From contig NW_026782185.1 in NCBI RefSeq assembly GCF_031769215.1, positions 62,001-126,000 of the forward strand: a DNA stretch of 64,000 nt. Direction: 5' to 3'. The stretch is from Ylistrum balloti (taxonomy: Eukaryota). The number at the start of each line of letters is the position of its first letter. The first letter of the stretch is position 1. The translations under genes were made by a program, and so were the position numbers. This document shows, one piece after another, positions 26,501 to 40,397 of the stretch. The notes beneath the pieces are model-generated. The model worked only from the letters and a program-made list of their open reading frames with translations, did not search any database and was not told where the DNA came from.

Positions 26501-27419
26501 TTGTGTTCTGCCTCTACTAAATTCAAGTTACTAGTGCCAGTGGCACCTACTTATATATACAGGAAAATCATTGAACTTTTAAACTGGTATCAGCCAGTAA
26601 TTTTTTGTAGGATTTTTTCAGGCGAGTCAAGAACACCAATTCAAAATTATTGATGTGTTCCAAAACCAAGAGATGAAGTGGGTTCTCAAAAGTCCCACAA
26701 AAAGAGCAAAAGTCCAGGAATTGAATTCCTGAAACACAAAAATCAATGCACCACACATTCTTGCTTTTTCTTCTCAAGCCTTTCTCAGGAATGAATTTGG
26801 CACTTTAAATGTAAAGGATTACCTCGGTGTCCTTCTGTAATTTGAACACCTCATTCTCCTCAAGTTGATCCATATGTTTGAGAAGAATGGTTGAGAAACG
26901 GAGGTCAGACTTGTCGACCTGACCTTGAACTTCTTCATCTGTTAAATATTGACCAATCAGCTGCTCATACAGGTAGGGGTCACGATGCTTCATGGAATCT
27001 TCACTAAAATACTCTCCTCTCTCAATCAGCTGCTTCATAGCTTTATAGCGACGATTCTTAACCCTATTAGCAGAATAAGTTGTACTCCTCTCTTTCTTTA
27101 TCTGTTTCAAGTAGAACTGTATTTCATAATCATCAGACTTGTCTCGGAAATATTCCAGATCATCTGCTCCAAGGTAAGCACCAAACCGTGCTAAGAACAA
27201 CGAAGGACTTTTTTCTAGAATACTGATTGCAATCTCCTTCTTGTCTTCACAGGACAGGTCTGCCTCACCTCGTTGCTGGTGCTTAAAATGAGCTTCTGTC
27301 TGAGACAATCTGGTCAACATATTTTCTCTAATCTGGTTGACTGCCGGTTGAAGATCTGTCATTTCATCTGCTTCTGCTCCTAATATGGAGTGTGGATCAT
27401 CCACGTGAACCTCATCCAT
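23567..27419 (-). CDS. CCDC97: Coiled-coil domain-containing protein 97 (DUF2052), 343 aa, 4 coding exons
   Basis: Exons 27419-26823, 26323-26278 (DSQFEEEDEDSDEEE), 25845-25728 (EMEKEEEE...MQERFLSGQEHQFDY) and 23837-23567 (EVDNNTDYDDLD...DEEERYFDSEEPE...*). GT-AG phases 0,1,2 sum to 1032 nt. Motifs KNRRYKAMKQLIERGEYFSEDSMKHRDPYLYEQLIGQYLT and DEEERYFD match CCDC97. Acceptor at 27453 implies a non-coding upstream exon. Confidence 0.93.
24430..25147 (-). mobile_element. Degenerate HINE-like element in CCDC97 intron 3
   Basis: The - strand begins TTTTAGGTCCCCTGACCCAAAGG...GATGACCTAT. Internal unit CATTTCAGGCAAGTTTCAGCT occurs twice (about 24538 and 24844). Left boundary uncertain. Confidence 0.4.
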
Positions 27420-27554
27420 TGAAGAACAAAGTTACTTACTGATATCAAGGACCTGTAGGCAAATAATGAAATGGCAAAATTAATTAAATTTAAGCTCAGA
27501 TTACAGGTGGGTACATTGTCAATCTAGGTCATTAAATATAATATTGAAACATTA

Positions 27555-27922
27555 TCTCTTTGACAACAATTGCAAATTAATATACAGCTTATATTAATTG
27601 CTCTTGTTGGCCTCCATGGAAGTGCATGGGGGTCTTATTGGGGAGGAAACAGGAGTACTCGTGGAAAATCCATGTGGTCGGGCAGGTGACCCCATACCTT
27701 TTCAAGTTCTTACCGGAACCCCCGGACGGCTAGGGTGTAAAAGTAGTGAGTTCATTGTACTTACGCCCTGTTAAATCATTGTGTCTGTCATGTGTTGTCA
27801 GAGTTCTGTTACGTCGCCGCCATGTTTGTTTACTAGGGATATTCCAGTTTGGGGATTCCCTTGGACTTTTATTATTTAGACGGCTCTGAAAGGCTAGTGT
27901 GTTACCACTGCACCATCTGACC
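27555..27922 (-). mobile_element. tRNA-derived SINE with V-domain-like core
   Basis: The - strand head GGTCAGATGGTGCAGTGGTAACAC and core GGTCACCTGCCCGACCACATGGATTTTCCACGAGTACTCCTGTTTCCTCCCAATAAGACC place it in the same family as 48816-49025. Confidence 0.75.
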
Positions 27923-28404
27923 ATCCAATCTAATCTAAGTACATGTAGAAAAAACTATTGCTTTCTATGAATGTTTAATGTTGGTTTTACATGTGTAAAT
28001 ATAGAAAATGTAAACACAAGTATTACATCAACAAAAAAAATCGAACTTTTCGACTCTTTGTGGTAATTGTCTCCGCAAGAAATGGTGAAAATTATTTTTC
28101 TGTTTTTTTTTTTTTTTGTTCTTACTTTTCATTTATAAACTATTGGATTAACTTTAACTTGATAAGAAGGCGATTAGAATGAATAGTATATTCAAAGATT
28201 ACGTACAGCGCTAGCTCGGACTGAAGTATCTACGTAAGCTTATATATCATAAATTTTGCAAAATTGTCGTGTGACATTTGAGGACAGAATGTAAGAATTT
28301 ATGCAAGGGAAATATAAAGGCAAAAACAATACTTGATTCCTGTTTCCGTGTTACAATTACGTTGATGTGCAGGACAAACTGTAATTTGTAGGACTACTTT
28401 ACCG

Positions 28405-28475
28405 TTCATGCGTCCGGAAGTAAACACGGCATTGGAAAATTGAATCCGAATTCGAATTTTCTTTTCCGGAAATAT
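28405..28475 (-). promoter_or_regulatory. Probable CCDC97 promoter with ETS/GABP-type motifs
   Basis: CCGGAAGT at 28414-28421 and TTCCGGAA at about 28464-28471, in CpG-rich DNA ~1 kb upstream of the first coding exon. Confidence 0.4.
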
Positions 28476-29379
28476 GAAACTGATCTGCATGGTTAACAAA
28501 TACGTTAAATATCAAATAAGCTTAAGAGATGAATTATATTGAATAATAAAATGTGTTAGAGGCTGAATATAAATGATATAATGTATCTTTTGTTCACAGG
28601 CTGAAATATTTGTAATGTAATAGCATTTTTTTCCCATCGTTTATTTAATTTGTGCATAAAAAAAAATCGTTATTTTTAGGGAAGTCAGTAATTGTTGTAT
28701 GGTTCAATATTGTACAAGAGACACACACTATGTAATGTGATAGCACCATTTCATACTTTAGATCGAATTAGATGTAAACAGCTGTTTCATCTTTCTACGA
28801 CTCGTCCATACGGCCATAGATTCGGAAGAAACTTAAAAAAAAACTTTAAAATTTCATATGCGATATTTAGATACTCGTTACCGTCATCATAAGTGCTTTG
28901 GACCCTCAAAAACAAATCAAAATTGGGGATTAAGAATTTTATTTTAATGCCAAATAATGTATTTAACCCAGTTTACATGACGATAGTTGCATATGTGCAA
29001 ATGTTTTGCTTGTATGCGCATACATGTATACAGATAAATTTGCAACTAATCCGGCTAGATGCAACGCATATTTTCACATGTGAAAAAAGATTTGGGAGTA
29101 AAAATGTGTGCAGATTTCGTCATATGAAGTGGCTAGCAAATTTGAATAACTGTGTATTTGTGTCAAGATTGATTTAGATAACAAACATTACAAACAACAC
29201 CAAAGTACGCGGAAGGGATGTAACTCTGCAATACACAAACAGAAATATTATCTGACAGGTAAAGCAGAATTTTCATCACTGAACCAAGAAACAATGAATT
29301 GGGCATATATCTGTTTACTTTAGATATATCTCTGAAACCTGGTGACATAGGGGTTTACGAATATACAATGTCGCCATGA

Positions 29380-29640
29380 ATCTTTTGGTCATATTGGTTG
29401 TCTCCTAGGTCGCTGTCGTCTACATAAACGTCTTTCTCATCGAATTCCCTTCCGAAGTCCTCTCCCCACTCTTCCACGTAATTCTCCAATAGGATTTCAA
29501 AATGTTGAATAACACAGGTGGTAACGACTGTACATGCAAAGTATACTCTATTAACATCGAATCTCTTCTATTCTAAGCATTCCAGCGCCCGTTCAGGTGT
29601 TCAAATTTCCGATAGTTTAGTGTTCTACTTGTCCTATTAG
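29380..29640 (-). mobile_element. Decayed PIF/Harbinger-like transposase C-terminal fragment
   Basis: Broken frames read GRW..CL.*KRFDVNRVYFACTVVTTCVIQHFEILLENYVEEWGED followed by an acidic tail, resembling the DDE_Tnp_4 end (GRWRCL.KRLDV...CC.LHN). Confidence 0.4.
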
Positions 29641-30614
29641 ATTATGACGTCATCAACCACGATTTCGATAGATATGTAGAGTCAACCAGCAAGTCAACTG
29701 GCCCTGACGATTCACCGCCTGGTACAATGTATTATGCACCCGCGCAGGTCAAGCAAACTCATTGTCTCTGCGTTGTCTCTGAAGACATATTGAAATAATA
29801 ATGTCATGTGATGCATCCTGGACAAATGTACGTAGTAGGAATCCGCCTGTTATCTATTGCTCCACCGCAATTAGGAAATCCCCAGCATTCCACCACATAT
29901 CCTTATATGAATTCTAAAATGTCTTCTTTGAAAAAACAACAACATATTCCTTAAGTCGGGTTTTAACAAAAGCTTCACCAACTTTGTGAACACAGACATA
30001 TGGTTGACATTTAAATACCAAATAAGTTACTCATTGTTCTGTATTCAGCATACAGGCAATGCATGGTACCAGCACCAAGCTTTTGGACGTCTATGTAAAA
30101 CATCGTGCGACTCACTAGTGATAGTCTGTATCTTGCAATGTTTCATAGGTAATGTTAAACATTTCTTTTCGCATTTCAATTTTGATTATTTAAACTTAAT
30201 GAGCTACTAAAGATCCACATGAGCAATCAGGCGAATGCCTTCATCGATTTTAATGATTTAGGCATCCTTGTTTTTGTTTTGTTTTTTTACTTTTTCGAAC
30301 GATATTTTCAAGTTATCAACTATTTTGTTTTATTTCTGTTCCTTAAGACAGTATATTTAGATCACATTACGATGTAACCTGGCCAGGCTATCAGATCTTG
30401 ACACTATCTTTACAGTGATGTTATACCACTACCTTGTTTGCTCTGATTACAACGATGACTTCGTTATCTCGAATCATCATCCTGATATTCTACATGTTAC
30501 ATAATGGTAGATAAAGTTATCAAAATCACATACACTCGTATCATCTGTAAATGTTATTTCGTGTCCGGTAGATACAAATTCTTGCATTGATCATTGATAT
30601 ATCAAAACAACAAG

Positions 30615-33600
30615 ATGGCGGATGTTTCCCAACAACAAACAATACCGCATGGTTTCACCGGAGCAGCATACCCGGATGTGTTCAATCTAAATGCAATGCC
30701 AACTCAGTCAAATGAACTTAAGCCCGGTCAGCTTTCAGAAAGCAAGATACGACAGTTCTTTGAAGACGTAAGAGAATATAGATATATTCAATGATACCGA
30801 TAAAGCGTGATATTACAAAGGTAATTAGGGTAGCCGACATATCTACAGGATTGCTGGCAAATCACAAAGGATTCTTCGCAAGTCATTGTTATTATCCTGT
30901 CAAAGCTTTATCAATGATGATATTTTTCTATATTTAGGACTTTCATTGTTAAACTATCAAAATGTATTGATCATGAATGTATGGAATCGGCATATAACGC
31001 CAGAAAATATTTATTCAACTCAAACTCTCCTACTAGAACTATCTTTTTATTATAGGGATACCTAATAGTGGACAACTTTTTCACACGTGAAGAATTGGAC
31101 ACGTGCAGAAACGCCGTCAATGAACAAGTGGAACACTTAGCACAGAAACTCTATAGGGCAGGCAAAATTAAGAGTAAGATTTCTCGTGGTTAAATTATCA
31201 ACCATTCTATAGATATCTGATTTCAATCAAACGTGTGTTCTTCTCATTAATATGGTCCTCGATATTGACTCAGACGAGATATCATATGAAGGACTTCAGT
31301 TTTCGTCTTTTTTTTTCACAGGTTTGTATACCGAGTTTGGATTCTTTGACCGATTGAGTAAATTAGAAGAGGAATTCCCCGGGGCCAATATTATCCTTCA
31401 CAAAGGCGATGGTTTACCAGAGGTTTGTTGATATATAAAATCTTCTCGATTTTCTAATTTTAGGATCTGAAGGCTACGAAACCAATCAAATCCAAATAAA
31501 AACCGATGAAATGAGGTCAAAATATGAAAATGGCGCATCGGGGATGAATTACTGATGATATAAAAAGTATCGAAGGATTGATCATATATAATAATCCCAT
31601 TTCTGCGATGTTGCCGCTTTATATTTAAAATCAAGCAAAACCAGATAATTGGCAAATGCTCAAAGTTATTTTTTAGTGAAACTTGAAATTGAAGTTCCAA
31701 ATTTTGCACATGTTTGCATGGACGTTGCTTGCTATTTCGTTCTATGAAAAACGACAAAAATCTCAATTTCGATATCGTCATAATAAATCTTTTCCTGTTT
31801 AAGGCATTTAGAAATTTGTGGACAAATGTACGCTTACTGAATGTAGTAGAACAGCTAATTGGTCCAGACATAGCCGGACATCCGGTCTGGAACTTGCGCA
31901 CGAAAACACCTCAGAACGAGGCTACCACCGTGCCCTGGCATCAAGGTACACAATGGATATGTTTTGTCTGATATCGTTGGCCACCAACGTCTTGCTATTG
32001 GCAGATGGTCCGTATGATGCATAAATCCCTGATTCTCTGTGGGTTTAGATATCCTTCTTTAAGTTTTGAAGTTGAGTTCATAGATTTTCTCTGATACCTT
32101 CCTTGTGTTTTACCAATGTTATTATCAACATTATAAACATTGATTTTAAACCTTTAGACTCTGCCTACCTTGACAATGATTCCTACCAAGTGCTTCAACC
32201 TACGGCTTGGATCCCCCTTGTGGATGCTAATGAACAAAATGGATGTATGCAGGTAGACTTGAATGAACAATACTTTATGGTTTCCTTAAAATGTCGGCTT
32301 TGTATGATGTATTTTTAAATTTATTCTTTATTTTCCAAAAAATATAATCGAAAACGAAAATTTTAAAAAAATCTCGAAATAACAACATTTTTTTATCGAG
32401 AAACAAGTTTTTTTTTAAAATAATAGAAAACAAACAAGTTTTACAAAATAAATAGAAAATAGAAGATGCCCTTCACTATTGAAAAATCCGTTTGAGTTTC
32501 GGTTGATGGAGGTTTACTCGAAAAGAATCTTAACGTTAACTTTGCATGTTTTCAAGGTTATTCATAGAGGCCACAAAACGGGAATTGTGGGTAACCATCA
32601 ATGTTGCTATGGTGGCACTTGGTATGTCATGCTCGAAGAAAAAGAAATGCTGAAAACTTTGGGTAAACTATAAATTGTATATTCATACTCGATATTGACA
32701 ATTAACGAGTGCAGTTTAACCAATCATTTGGGCTCTACTGCATCTAATTCTGAATTTGTAATCAATAGTTACATACATTTGCGTTTATTTTGTGTAGTTA
32801 TTGAAGCACGTATTTGGAGCTCTCGACTTTTCTTTTGATACATATCTATTAATTATCTTAATAACATAAGTGTTTCATAATGATTTTGCTGCCAGCTTCG
32901 ACTCAATATTGAACTATTTAAGGCATTCTGCTTTATACATGTAATTTGTATCAGATTTACGGTGGTTTAGTGGTTAAGGCGCCTCAACGTCTTTATCACT
33001 GGCCCTCCACCTTTGGGTGGTGAGTTCGAGGGATACATTGGACAATCGCCAGGAACTGGCCGCAAGCTTTCCTCTACCACCCAAACTTAGTATGTTCTGA
33101 GCTGACCCTGGTTGTTGTTAGACGTAAAGGGAAAATTATAGTTGAATTTAAACACCGCATTTAACATTCTATATCTTTCCGTGATTACAATAAGGTAGAT
33201 TTTTCGTGGAATATACAGGTGCAGAGATTCCAGACGACATACGGACATGTCCTGTTCTATATGGCGGCATGCTGCTTCTGAACAATGTAACCCCACATCG
33301 AAGGTACAACATGCCTTTTACTATATTATGATGACTAACTTGCCCTTAAATGACCTATCTTAAGTGATTGGTTCCTGTTCATGATCTTTATTGGAGTAAA
33401 TCCTTAATTATATCAAAGATCTCGGTTTAGGAAATCTACCAAGGATCTCGGTAATGTTAATCCTCAGTTATATGTCAATTATATGGCAACATTTATGTTT
33501 TAGTTTACCAAACATGACACAGGAAATTCGTTGGAGTTTGGATCTTCGTTTCCAAAACCCAAATCTCCCTTTTGGATTTTATGGAATGAAGAAAGGAGTG

Positions 33601-34642
33601 GTCATGCGAAAATCAACCGATCCTGACTACAAGATCCCGTGGCAGGACTTCCTGAGCGTCGATAGACGGGCCAAGCAGAGACAGGCTGTCAAGGACTTGG
33701 TAGAAAATGTCTGTATATACTGTAATATGTTTGGGTTTTTTTTTATATTTCTTTTGATATGTATATGTATTCCTAGGGTTGTATATAAGTTAAAAATGTT
33801 GTCTCTTTACAAGATTGATGTACTTTCTTCTATACAATAAATCATCTTCCGTAGAAAACTAAAATGTATTATTATTATCATTATATTTCTTCAAACATAT
33901 ACACACGTTACATTTTCTAGAATATTTATGAAGAATACTTGAAAGTGATTTCAAAGTCCTTATTTACGTAGAAAAGATTTTTTTGAAAAAAAAATGTATG
34001 CACATATATATCATTGATGTCACCATAACATTAATCCAGGCAGTTGTTACGAATTTTCGAATATGTTTGTAATACATCCGTAGTGTTTTCGTGTGTTTAT
34101 ATCTTATAAAGTGTAACATGGACATTAAATTTGTTAAATTGTATATTGTTTTTTGTTTCCATTCGATTTTATTATGAACTTTCCATCAGGATGAGTAGTT
34201 TTCTCTACGCTAGAAATGACGATATATGTAAATCAAGAATATATGTCATTCCTGAATGATTCTCGTATAGCCGTATTTATCAGTGATTTAGAAACATGCC
34301 GTTTTATCTTGTTTTTTATGCGTAATCAAGTCTCAGTTAATCATCATTTTAATCAGAGTGATCTTCTGTATGTCGAACCCTCGACAATGTTTTGCGTATC
34401 ATGTCATTTCTATTTGTTTGATTATTTCTTCCCTAACAAAAGATGACAAACATTAAACTGAAAGGCAATAAAGAAATAATTTCAGAATCTTATAAATCAA
34501 AATCTTATTCCAGGAATCGGACCAAGAGTTCAGCACCACTTTGGAAGGGCCTTGGATGAGGAAATGGGAAATTGTACACACAAACCAGCACACAAAACGG
34601 GCTGAAATAGAAAATAGCTCGTGGGAGGAATGCAAGGCTTGA
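30615..34642 (+). CDS. PhyH-family (PHYHD1-like) Fe(II)/2-oxoglutarate dioxygenase, paralogue A, 9 exons, ~374-377 aa
   Basis: Exons 30615-30767, 31056-31173, 31322-31422, 31804-31945, 32158-32252, 32557-32662, 33219-33303, 33504-33708 (alternative donor 33699) and 34514-34642. Motifs: VPWHQ|D (HxD), TAWIPLVDANEQNGCM, NNVTPHRS (distal His), IRWSLDLR (2OG-binding RxS). Confidence 0.92.
32961..33085 (+). mobile_element. Truncated tRNA-derived SINE in intron 6 of paralogue A
   Basis: GGTGGTTTAGTGGTTAAGGCG (A-box-like)...GGTGAGTTCGAG (B-box-like)...TTTCCTCTACCAC. Confidence 0.55.
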
Positions 34643-36379
34643 GTTACGTTTGGGTGTATAATAAGCATACTAAGTGCTTGTAATAGAAAGTTTAGTGCTA
34701 ATCACACGTGAAAGTTAATTTTTGATTTTAGTGGTGTGATAAATGAGAATTTCAATGTTTATCACTACTGATAAGCGTTCTACCAGGAGATCGATGTATA
34801 ACTGATAATGATGAGTAACTCTAAATATTTTGCTTGTATCTGATACTGCTGGACTATTTGCTGATGGCAATAACTTTGATAACACAGGTATGGTCAGTCT
34901 CATGTTCGATATCAGTTTGTAGGTGATCTACATTCATCTTATTGTAACAGATTTTTCTTGTGTTGAAATAAGCATCGTTTTTGGATAATATTTATTGCCA
35001 TTGTGTGATGGTGAGATACATCCTCTGACCATCAGTGTCTTTATCGTTTACTGTAAAAATTATATATCTTCATTATAAACCTTATTAAAACAACTGCAGC
35101 TGTTGCGATGGTATTATCTAATGAGAGTTGTAAATATTCAATATCACTGACCTAAATAACACTGTTTTGTAAGATGTCTGTACTGTACTTTTAAGACAAA
35201 TGACACAGAATAAAGTCCAAAATCAATTATGCACAGTCATACATTTTGGTGTGCTTGACATCAAATAATAAGTATATCTCTAATACATAATGTAAAACTA
35301 TTAATTTTCGTGGAGGAATTATTTTTATTAATTTCGTGGAACCTTAATCCAGAATTTTTAATACACTCGAACTGTGAAAATAAGTATACTTATATAGCTA
35401 TATTTATCTAAAATCAAGTGTCCACGAGAAATTGTTTTGTTGCAAACCATGCAAACTGAGCCCCGCGAAAATATGCGGTTTTTCAGAAAGATAAGCACAC
35501 TACAGACATACAAACAATACAGTAATACCAACTAAATCGTAGTGAGAATATCATAATGAAATAAGGTGTGTAAGAATTCTCCAGAATATATACGACACTA
35601 TTACATTGGACGATAAACAATGGGAAAGGTCTTCTGTTTTAGTAACAACTAAGGCCAGGTGGACAATATTTAATTAATGCTGTTTTTAAAATGATCAATT
35701 TTGCTAGTTTTAAGAAAATTCATTCATTCATACTGATGGGTAGGTACTATGTTATCATGTCCCTGCGATGTTCTTCAACGCGGATGATTAATGATCTCTC
35801 GAACTCTCCTATATAAGAATCAGGGCAGGTAGCACATGGGATGTTGTATATCACTCCAACCATGTCCTCCCAGATTTGTCCTTGGGAGATACTAAGCGTT
35901 CCCGTAGACTGTTTCAAGTTTTAAAATGAAAACTGACACCTGGGGATCAGTTTGTTGCCGAAGACTGAATCTCTCTTCTTCTTTGATGAGTTCGTTCAAT
36001 AAAATGTTCCTGCCGAGTGCTGATGTTGGCGTCCTTTATCTTCGTCTGTGTAGTCACTGATGGTTATGTTGGATTTCTGTTGGATTCCTACCACGTCTCG
36101 TTTGTGCTGGAATGGGTTTTGGGAGTCGAATGCTGAGTACCGGTCCGTGTGTGTAGCCTTCCGGTAAAGTGTTGTTTTAACCCAACTGTCTGGTGTCACA
36201 TAAACCTGTACGCTTACATAGGGAGACTGGCATCCAATGACATTCCAAGGTAAACTTAATACGTATGACAACAACTCACTTTAATCGTCAATCTTACCCG
36301 TGCGTAATTGAAACTTACCTGGACACGGGTGTCGCTACCGGACACACGGCTGACTTCACTCAGGTGTGACGACAGCCCG

Positions 36380-36594
36380 AGGCTACTACGTTATAAGGTT
36401 ATTAATTAGCACTGATATTCACCTGCGCGGATCCAAAAGCTGCTACGCTATAGACATTAATTCGTTATGTGAAATTCGTTATATATTTTGATTTTAACAT
36501 ATAAATGATAGGGCGATTGACGGGGAATGAAAATCACTACGTTATAACCATTAATTCGTTGTAAGCGTGTTCGTTATAAAAGTGTTTTACTGTA
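36380..36594. mobile_element. Tc1/mariner-type MITE remnant inserted in the Penelope-like element
   Basis: Right end ...TTCGTTATAAAAGTGTTTTACTGTA (TA-CAGT terminus) with repeated CGTTATAA motifs. Left end not resolved. Confidence 0.45.
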
Positions 36595-36809
36595 GGGGGA
36601 TCCACGTTGTTGATGTGGTCTAAAAATCTACTGATCTCCGACGACAAAACCTTCACAATTTTATCATCTACTTATCTGAACCAGGCAGATGAGGGACCTG
36701 CAGTCTGTTCCTCACGGGCCTCCAGAAGGTTAGCCATCATTGGACAACCAGGTGATCACACGGTAGATCCGTCTTGTTGCTGATGTCCGCATTGAGACAG
36801 AACCCAAAT

Positions 36810-36972
36810 NNNNNNNNNNNNNNNNNNNNNNNNNNNNNNNNNNNNNNNNNNNNNNNNNNNNNNNNNNNNNNNNNNNNNNNNNNNNNNNNNNNNNNNNNNN
36901 NNNNNNNNNNNNNNNNNNNNNNNNNNNNNNNNNNNNNNNNNNNNNNNNNNNNNNNNNNNNNNNNNNNNNNNN
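36810..36972. other. Assembly gap (163 N)
   Basis: Run of N. Confidence 1.
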
Positions 36973-37451
36973 CAAAGTTCGTGAACATCTGATTTTGTTG
37001 ATGATACAGATCAATACATCTTGTGTACTATCGTTAACAGTTCATTGATGTATGAATGTATGGGAAAAGTGTACCTGCGATATCAACGACGACAAATACC
37101 ACAGGAAGATTATTGATTTTGCAATGCAACACAGGTGGAGAAACTACTATCTTTCTGAATTCGACTTTGAATCATTATTGTATTGTTAGTGTCAAATATA
37201 AGTGAATAAAATAAATAAATGAAAAGATATTACATACAGTCTACACTTTCTATATCAATTTATTTACTGTTTGAATACTGTTGAATAAGTTATGCAGCAT
37301 ATGTTTCTCACGCAAACTGACCTCTCCGATAAAGACCCGCGACCACCCGTTGTATGTTATGAAGTGGGCCGGCGTACAGACGATAGTACCTTCGATCCTG
37401 TGTATATACATTGTATGCGTAAAGGGGTCAGCTATTTCCTCACATAGCATC

Positions 37452-37583
37452 ATGGCGGCCTCAGTGAACGACAGAGATAATGGTAATCCAGAAATATTCA
37501 ACATTGATGCTATGCCATCTCCTACTTCAAATAAGAAATTAGGCCAGCTACCAGATGACGTAATTAAGCAGTTTTTTATCAAC
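37452..37583 (+). CDS. Extra PhyH-family first coding exon (alternative first exon of paralogue B, or relic of a fifth copy)
   Basis: ATGGCG start, open 44 codons MAASVNDRDNGNPEIFNIDAMPSPTSNKKLGQLPDDVIKQFFIN homologous to the other exon 1s, and a perfect phase-0 GTAAGT donor. I found no exon 2-9 homologues before the next exon 1 at 40398. Confidence 0.75.
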
Positions 37584-40189
37584 GTAAGTAAGAGGTGTTA
37601 TTGAGTCTTGACCATTTACTACATGCTCGGTATACAAACTACGCACAACGGTCGCTTGAAATTCGTGTGGATGGATGTTATTGAGATAGACAGTGAAAGT
37701 GTTGTTTATACATGTAATGCATAACACCTCCAATCTGTATACCACTTTACATCTTTGTCCATATGTCTATTTCATGTAAATACACGTATGCAAATTTGAT
37801 ACGTACACTCAAACTATTTTCTATGGAGCGTCATAGTTGTCATATATGTTGTATAGCATACGATATGAAATGATATTTTCATTATATCTATATCATTGGG
37901 ATAGGATTCAGTTTTATTATATGATCCTATTTTATCGTTTTACTTCTTTAATTTTATAAAAATAGTTTATTTCATCAGTATTTACATGACGTCACTAATA
38001 TATGATTTGGTTTTACGAATTTATCATTTGGTTGATCGTGATATGATTCGATATTTTTTTTATTAATGTTTAAATCTTGCCGTTATTTGCTGTAACTTTA
38101 GTATGTGCTTTTTCCATCGCATGGTATGGATATGACGTGAAATTCTGCTTTTAAAAGGAAAATGTGCTCTAACCGGAACCGGAAATCTGACTGATTTTTT
38201 TTAATGATAACTTACCTACAAAGATTAGCATTACCTTTAGTTATTCTAATACTGTAACGGCAACAACATATAATATAATAGCGAAGCCGAATGAAAAAAC
38301 CAAGATAACATCAAAGCATGCAATAATGAAATAAAATGATATAACAATGAAAGTTATCAATAGAACAGTAGAAACAAATACCATGTGAACATAGTATGAT
38401 GATATACATTAATATATATTTGATATCAAATTATATTTTGATGTATTTAGATTAAATAATGGCAACATCAAAATCAAATAATGTAATGACAAGATTTATA
38501 AATATACGAAAAAATCAAAAGTTATTGATGAAATCATATTTTGAAATTATCAATTTATACATATTTCTAGCATAAAATGCTTAATGCACATACATATATA
38601 TCACGTATTTATCTTGGAACAAGCAAGTCAATGATAAGAATGTTCTTTTAAACATGAAGTAATACAGTTAACACACGACTATTCATTGAAAAAGCAATGG
38701 ATACCAATATTTCTATTATTTTTGTGAGAATATCTTCATACTGATATTCAGTAGGGACGATATCTTACTTATAAATTATATTTTGTCAGATAGTGGTGCA
38801 AATGCATGGATTTAAGAAGTGACCATTAAATAATAATTTAAATCTATGTCATGAACTGTATATGGAAATTTTTATTATTCTTTTTTAGCCTTAATCTCAA
38901 CTGAAGAATCTGTAATGTTTTGATTTCAGTTTGCAAATATTGAGACCTTGCTACAATATTCTTTTTACATTACATTTTGATTACACTTATTTTAAAAAAT
39001 CAAATTTGCATGCAGAAAATCCACCGAAAATCATACTGGCGTAGACAAAAACTAGTATTCGTAAATTGATTATTATTATAATTACAAGCTAACCGGTAAT
39101 AGCTTAGTTTCACTTGCATCTATGGCATCTATTATTTGTTAAACGGATTTTATGTCCGTTACTATTGCTTCTCGACCTGTCAGCGAAGAGAAGAGAGGAA
39201 ATAGTTTGAATCGACGAGAGTGGGATAAAGAGCTGATGTAGAGTTGAGTAGTCTATACTACATGTCCTTAATTATAATCGTGAAAACGGCCCCCTTGGCC
39301 TAATTATAACTCTAATCTTAACCTTGATTAGGCACGAAGCAGCAAAAAGCCGATGTAGGACATAGAAGATAAAGATAATCCCTCACTGTATTGATTTTGA
39401 TATGTTTATAATATTTTGGAGGGCCGTCAAAATTTCTTGATAATTAGTTACTATAACTAATCTAATCCTAACCTCTGGCCGGCGTTACAACGCCTGCTTT
39501 TTTCGAGAAAAAAAAAACAAAACTAACTAAACACAGATGGATCTTATTGTGCGAGTTGGGACCGCCACTTTAAGTCCCATCCAACGGATAGTGTTGAAAA
39601 TGGTTTTAACTATGGTATTATGTAGAAGCTTATTTTAGAGCAGATGATACTAGTACATTTGCATACTTACACCACTTATTTTAATCAATACATAGAGATA
39701 ATATCAATATCAATCTGAAGGGAATAATAGTATATTCTGGAAATATCTCGACACACTCACACGCATTATCAGTAATTTGATTATATTCGGTATTGAAAAA
39801 CGGTTACTTTCGTTTTGTTAAAGGGAGATAACTTGAAAACGACTGGATATGGAATTTAAATAGCGTATAGTCTGCTCATATAATTCAGTCGAAATGTTCT
39901 CTTGTCAGTTGTTGTTTAGTCGCCACTGTCTTAAATATGCATTCAAATATCATTACTATTAATGATTTTCCAGCTTCGGTCTCACCTTATTGACTAATTT
40001 GCTTCATAATCTGAACATGAATATTGTATGATTTTCACACCTTCTATCTATTTTCCCAGACCACATCTTTATAAAACTTTGAGCTCGAAATACGATTTTA
40101 GATACACATAACGATTACAAAGTGTATAATATGAATTAAAAAAGGTTCAATAAAGGTTCAATAAAAATTGTCAAACCAAACTTACAGGT

Positions 40190-40235
40190 GGCAACATTGA
40201 AAAATCCGAAAGGGACGAAACAGCTGCATGATGCC
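40190..40235 (+). ncRNA. Decayed minimal hammerhead-ribozyme copy
   Basis: GGCAACA-TTGAAAA-ATCC GAAA GGGAC-GAAA-CAGCTGCA-TGATGCC: stems I and II are recognisable, but the core (CTGANGA) and cleavage triplet are mutated. Confidence 0.5.
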
Positions 40236-40397
40236 GTTTCAATTATTGTTGTGCTTTACTGTATCTAGTTTTTAAAGGTGCTATTCACTATTGGCTTTTG
40301 TGTTATCATCGTACAATTGGCCGGAGATAATGTCATGCCTACGTGACAAATGACATGTTATCTTCTATTTTCTCGCATTGGCTTTAAACAACATAAA

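Larger units (their letters stand above)
35755..37130 (-). mobile_element. Decayed Penelope-like element (RT + GIY-YIG endonuclease), interrupted by a MITE and the assembly gap
   Basis: - strand: PMMANLLE...AWFR*VDDKIVKV...FLDHINNVDP (about 36780-36595, RT YVDD with Y to stop), VKTTLYRKATHTDRYSAFDSQNPFQHKRDVV (thumb) and GVIYNIPCATCPDSYIGEFERSLIIRVEEHRR (about 35860-35760, GIY-YIG). Extent beyond the gap is uncertain. Confidence 0.8.

Noticed and set aside
34190-34199. Alternative acceptor TTCCATCAG|GATGAGTAG for paralogue A
   Set aside because: It would end the protein at D-E-stop and lose the GPWMxKWEIVH motif kept in all paralogues; the 34514 exon fits far better.
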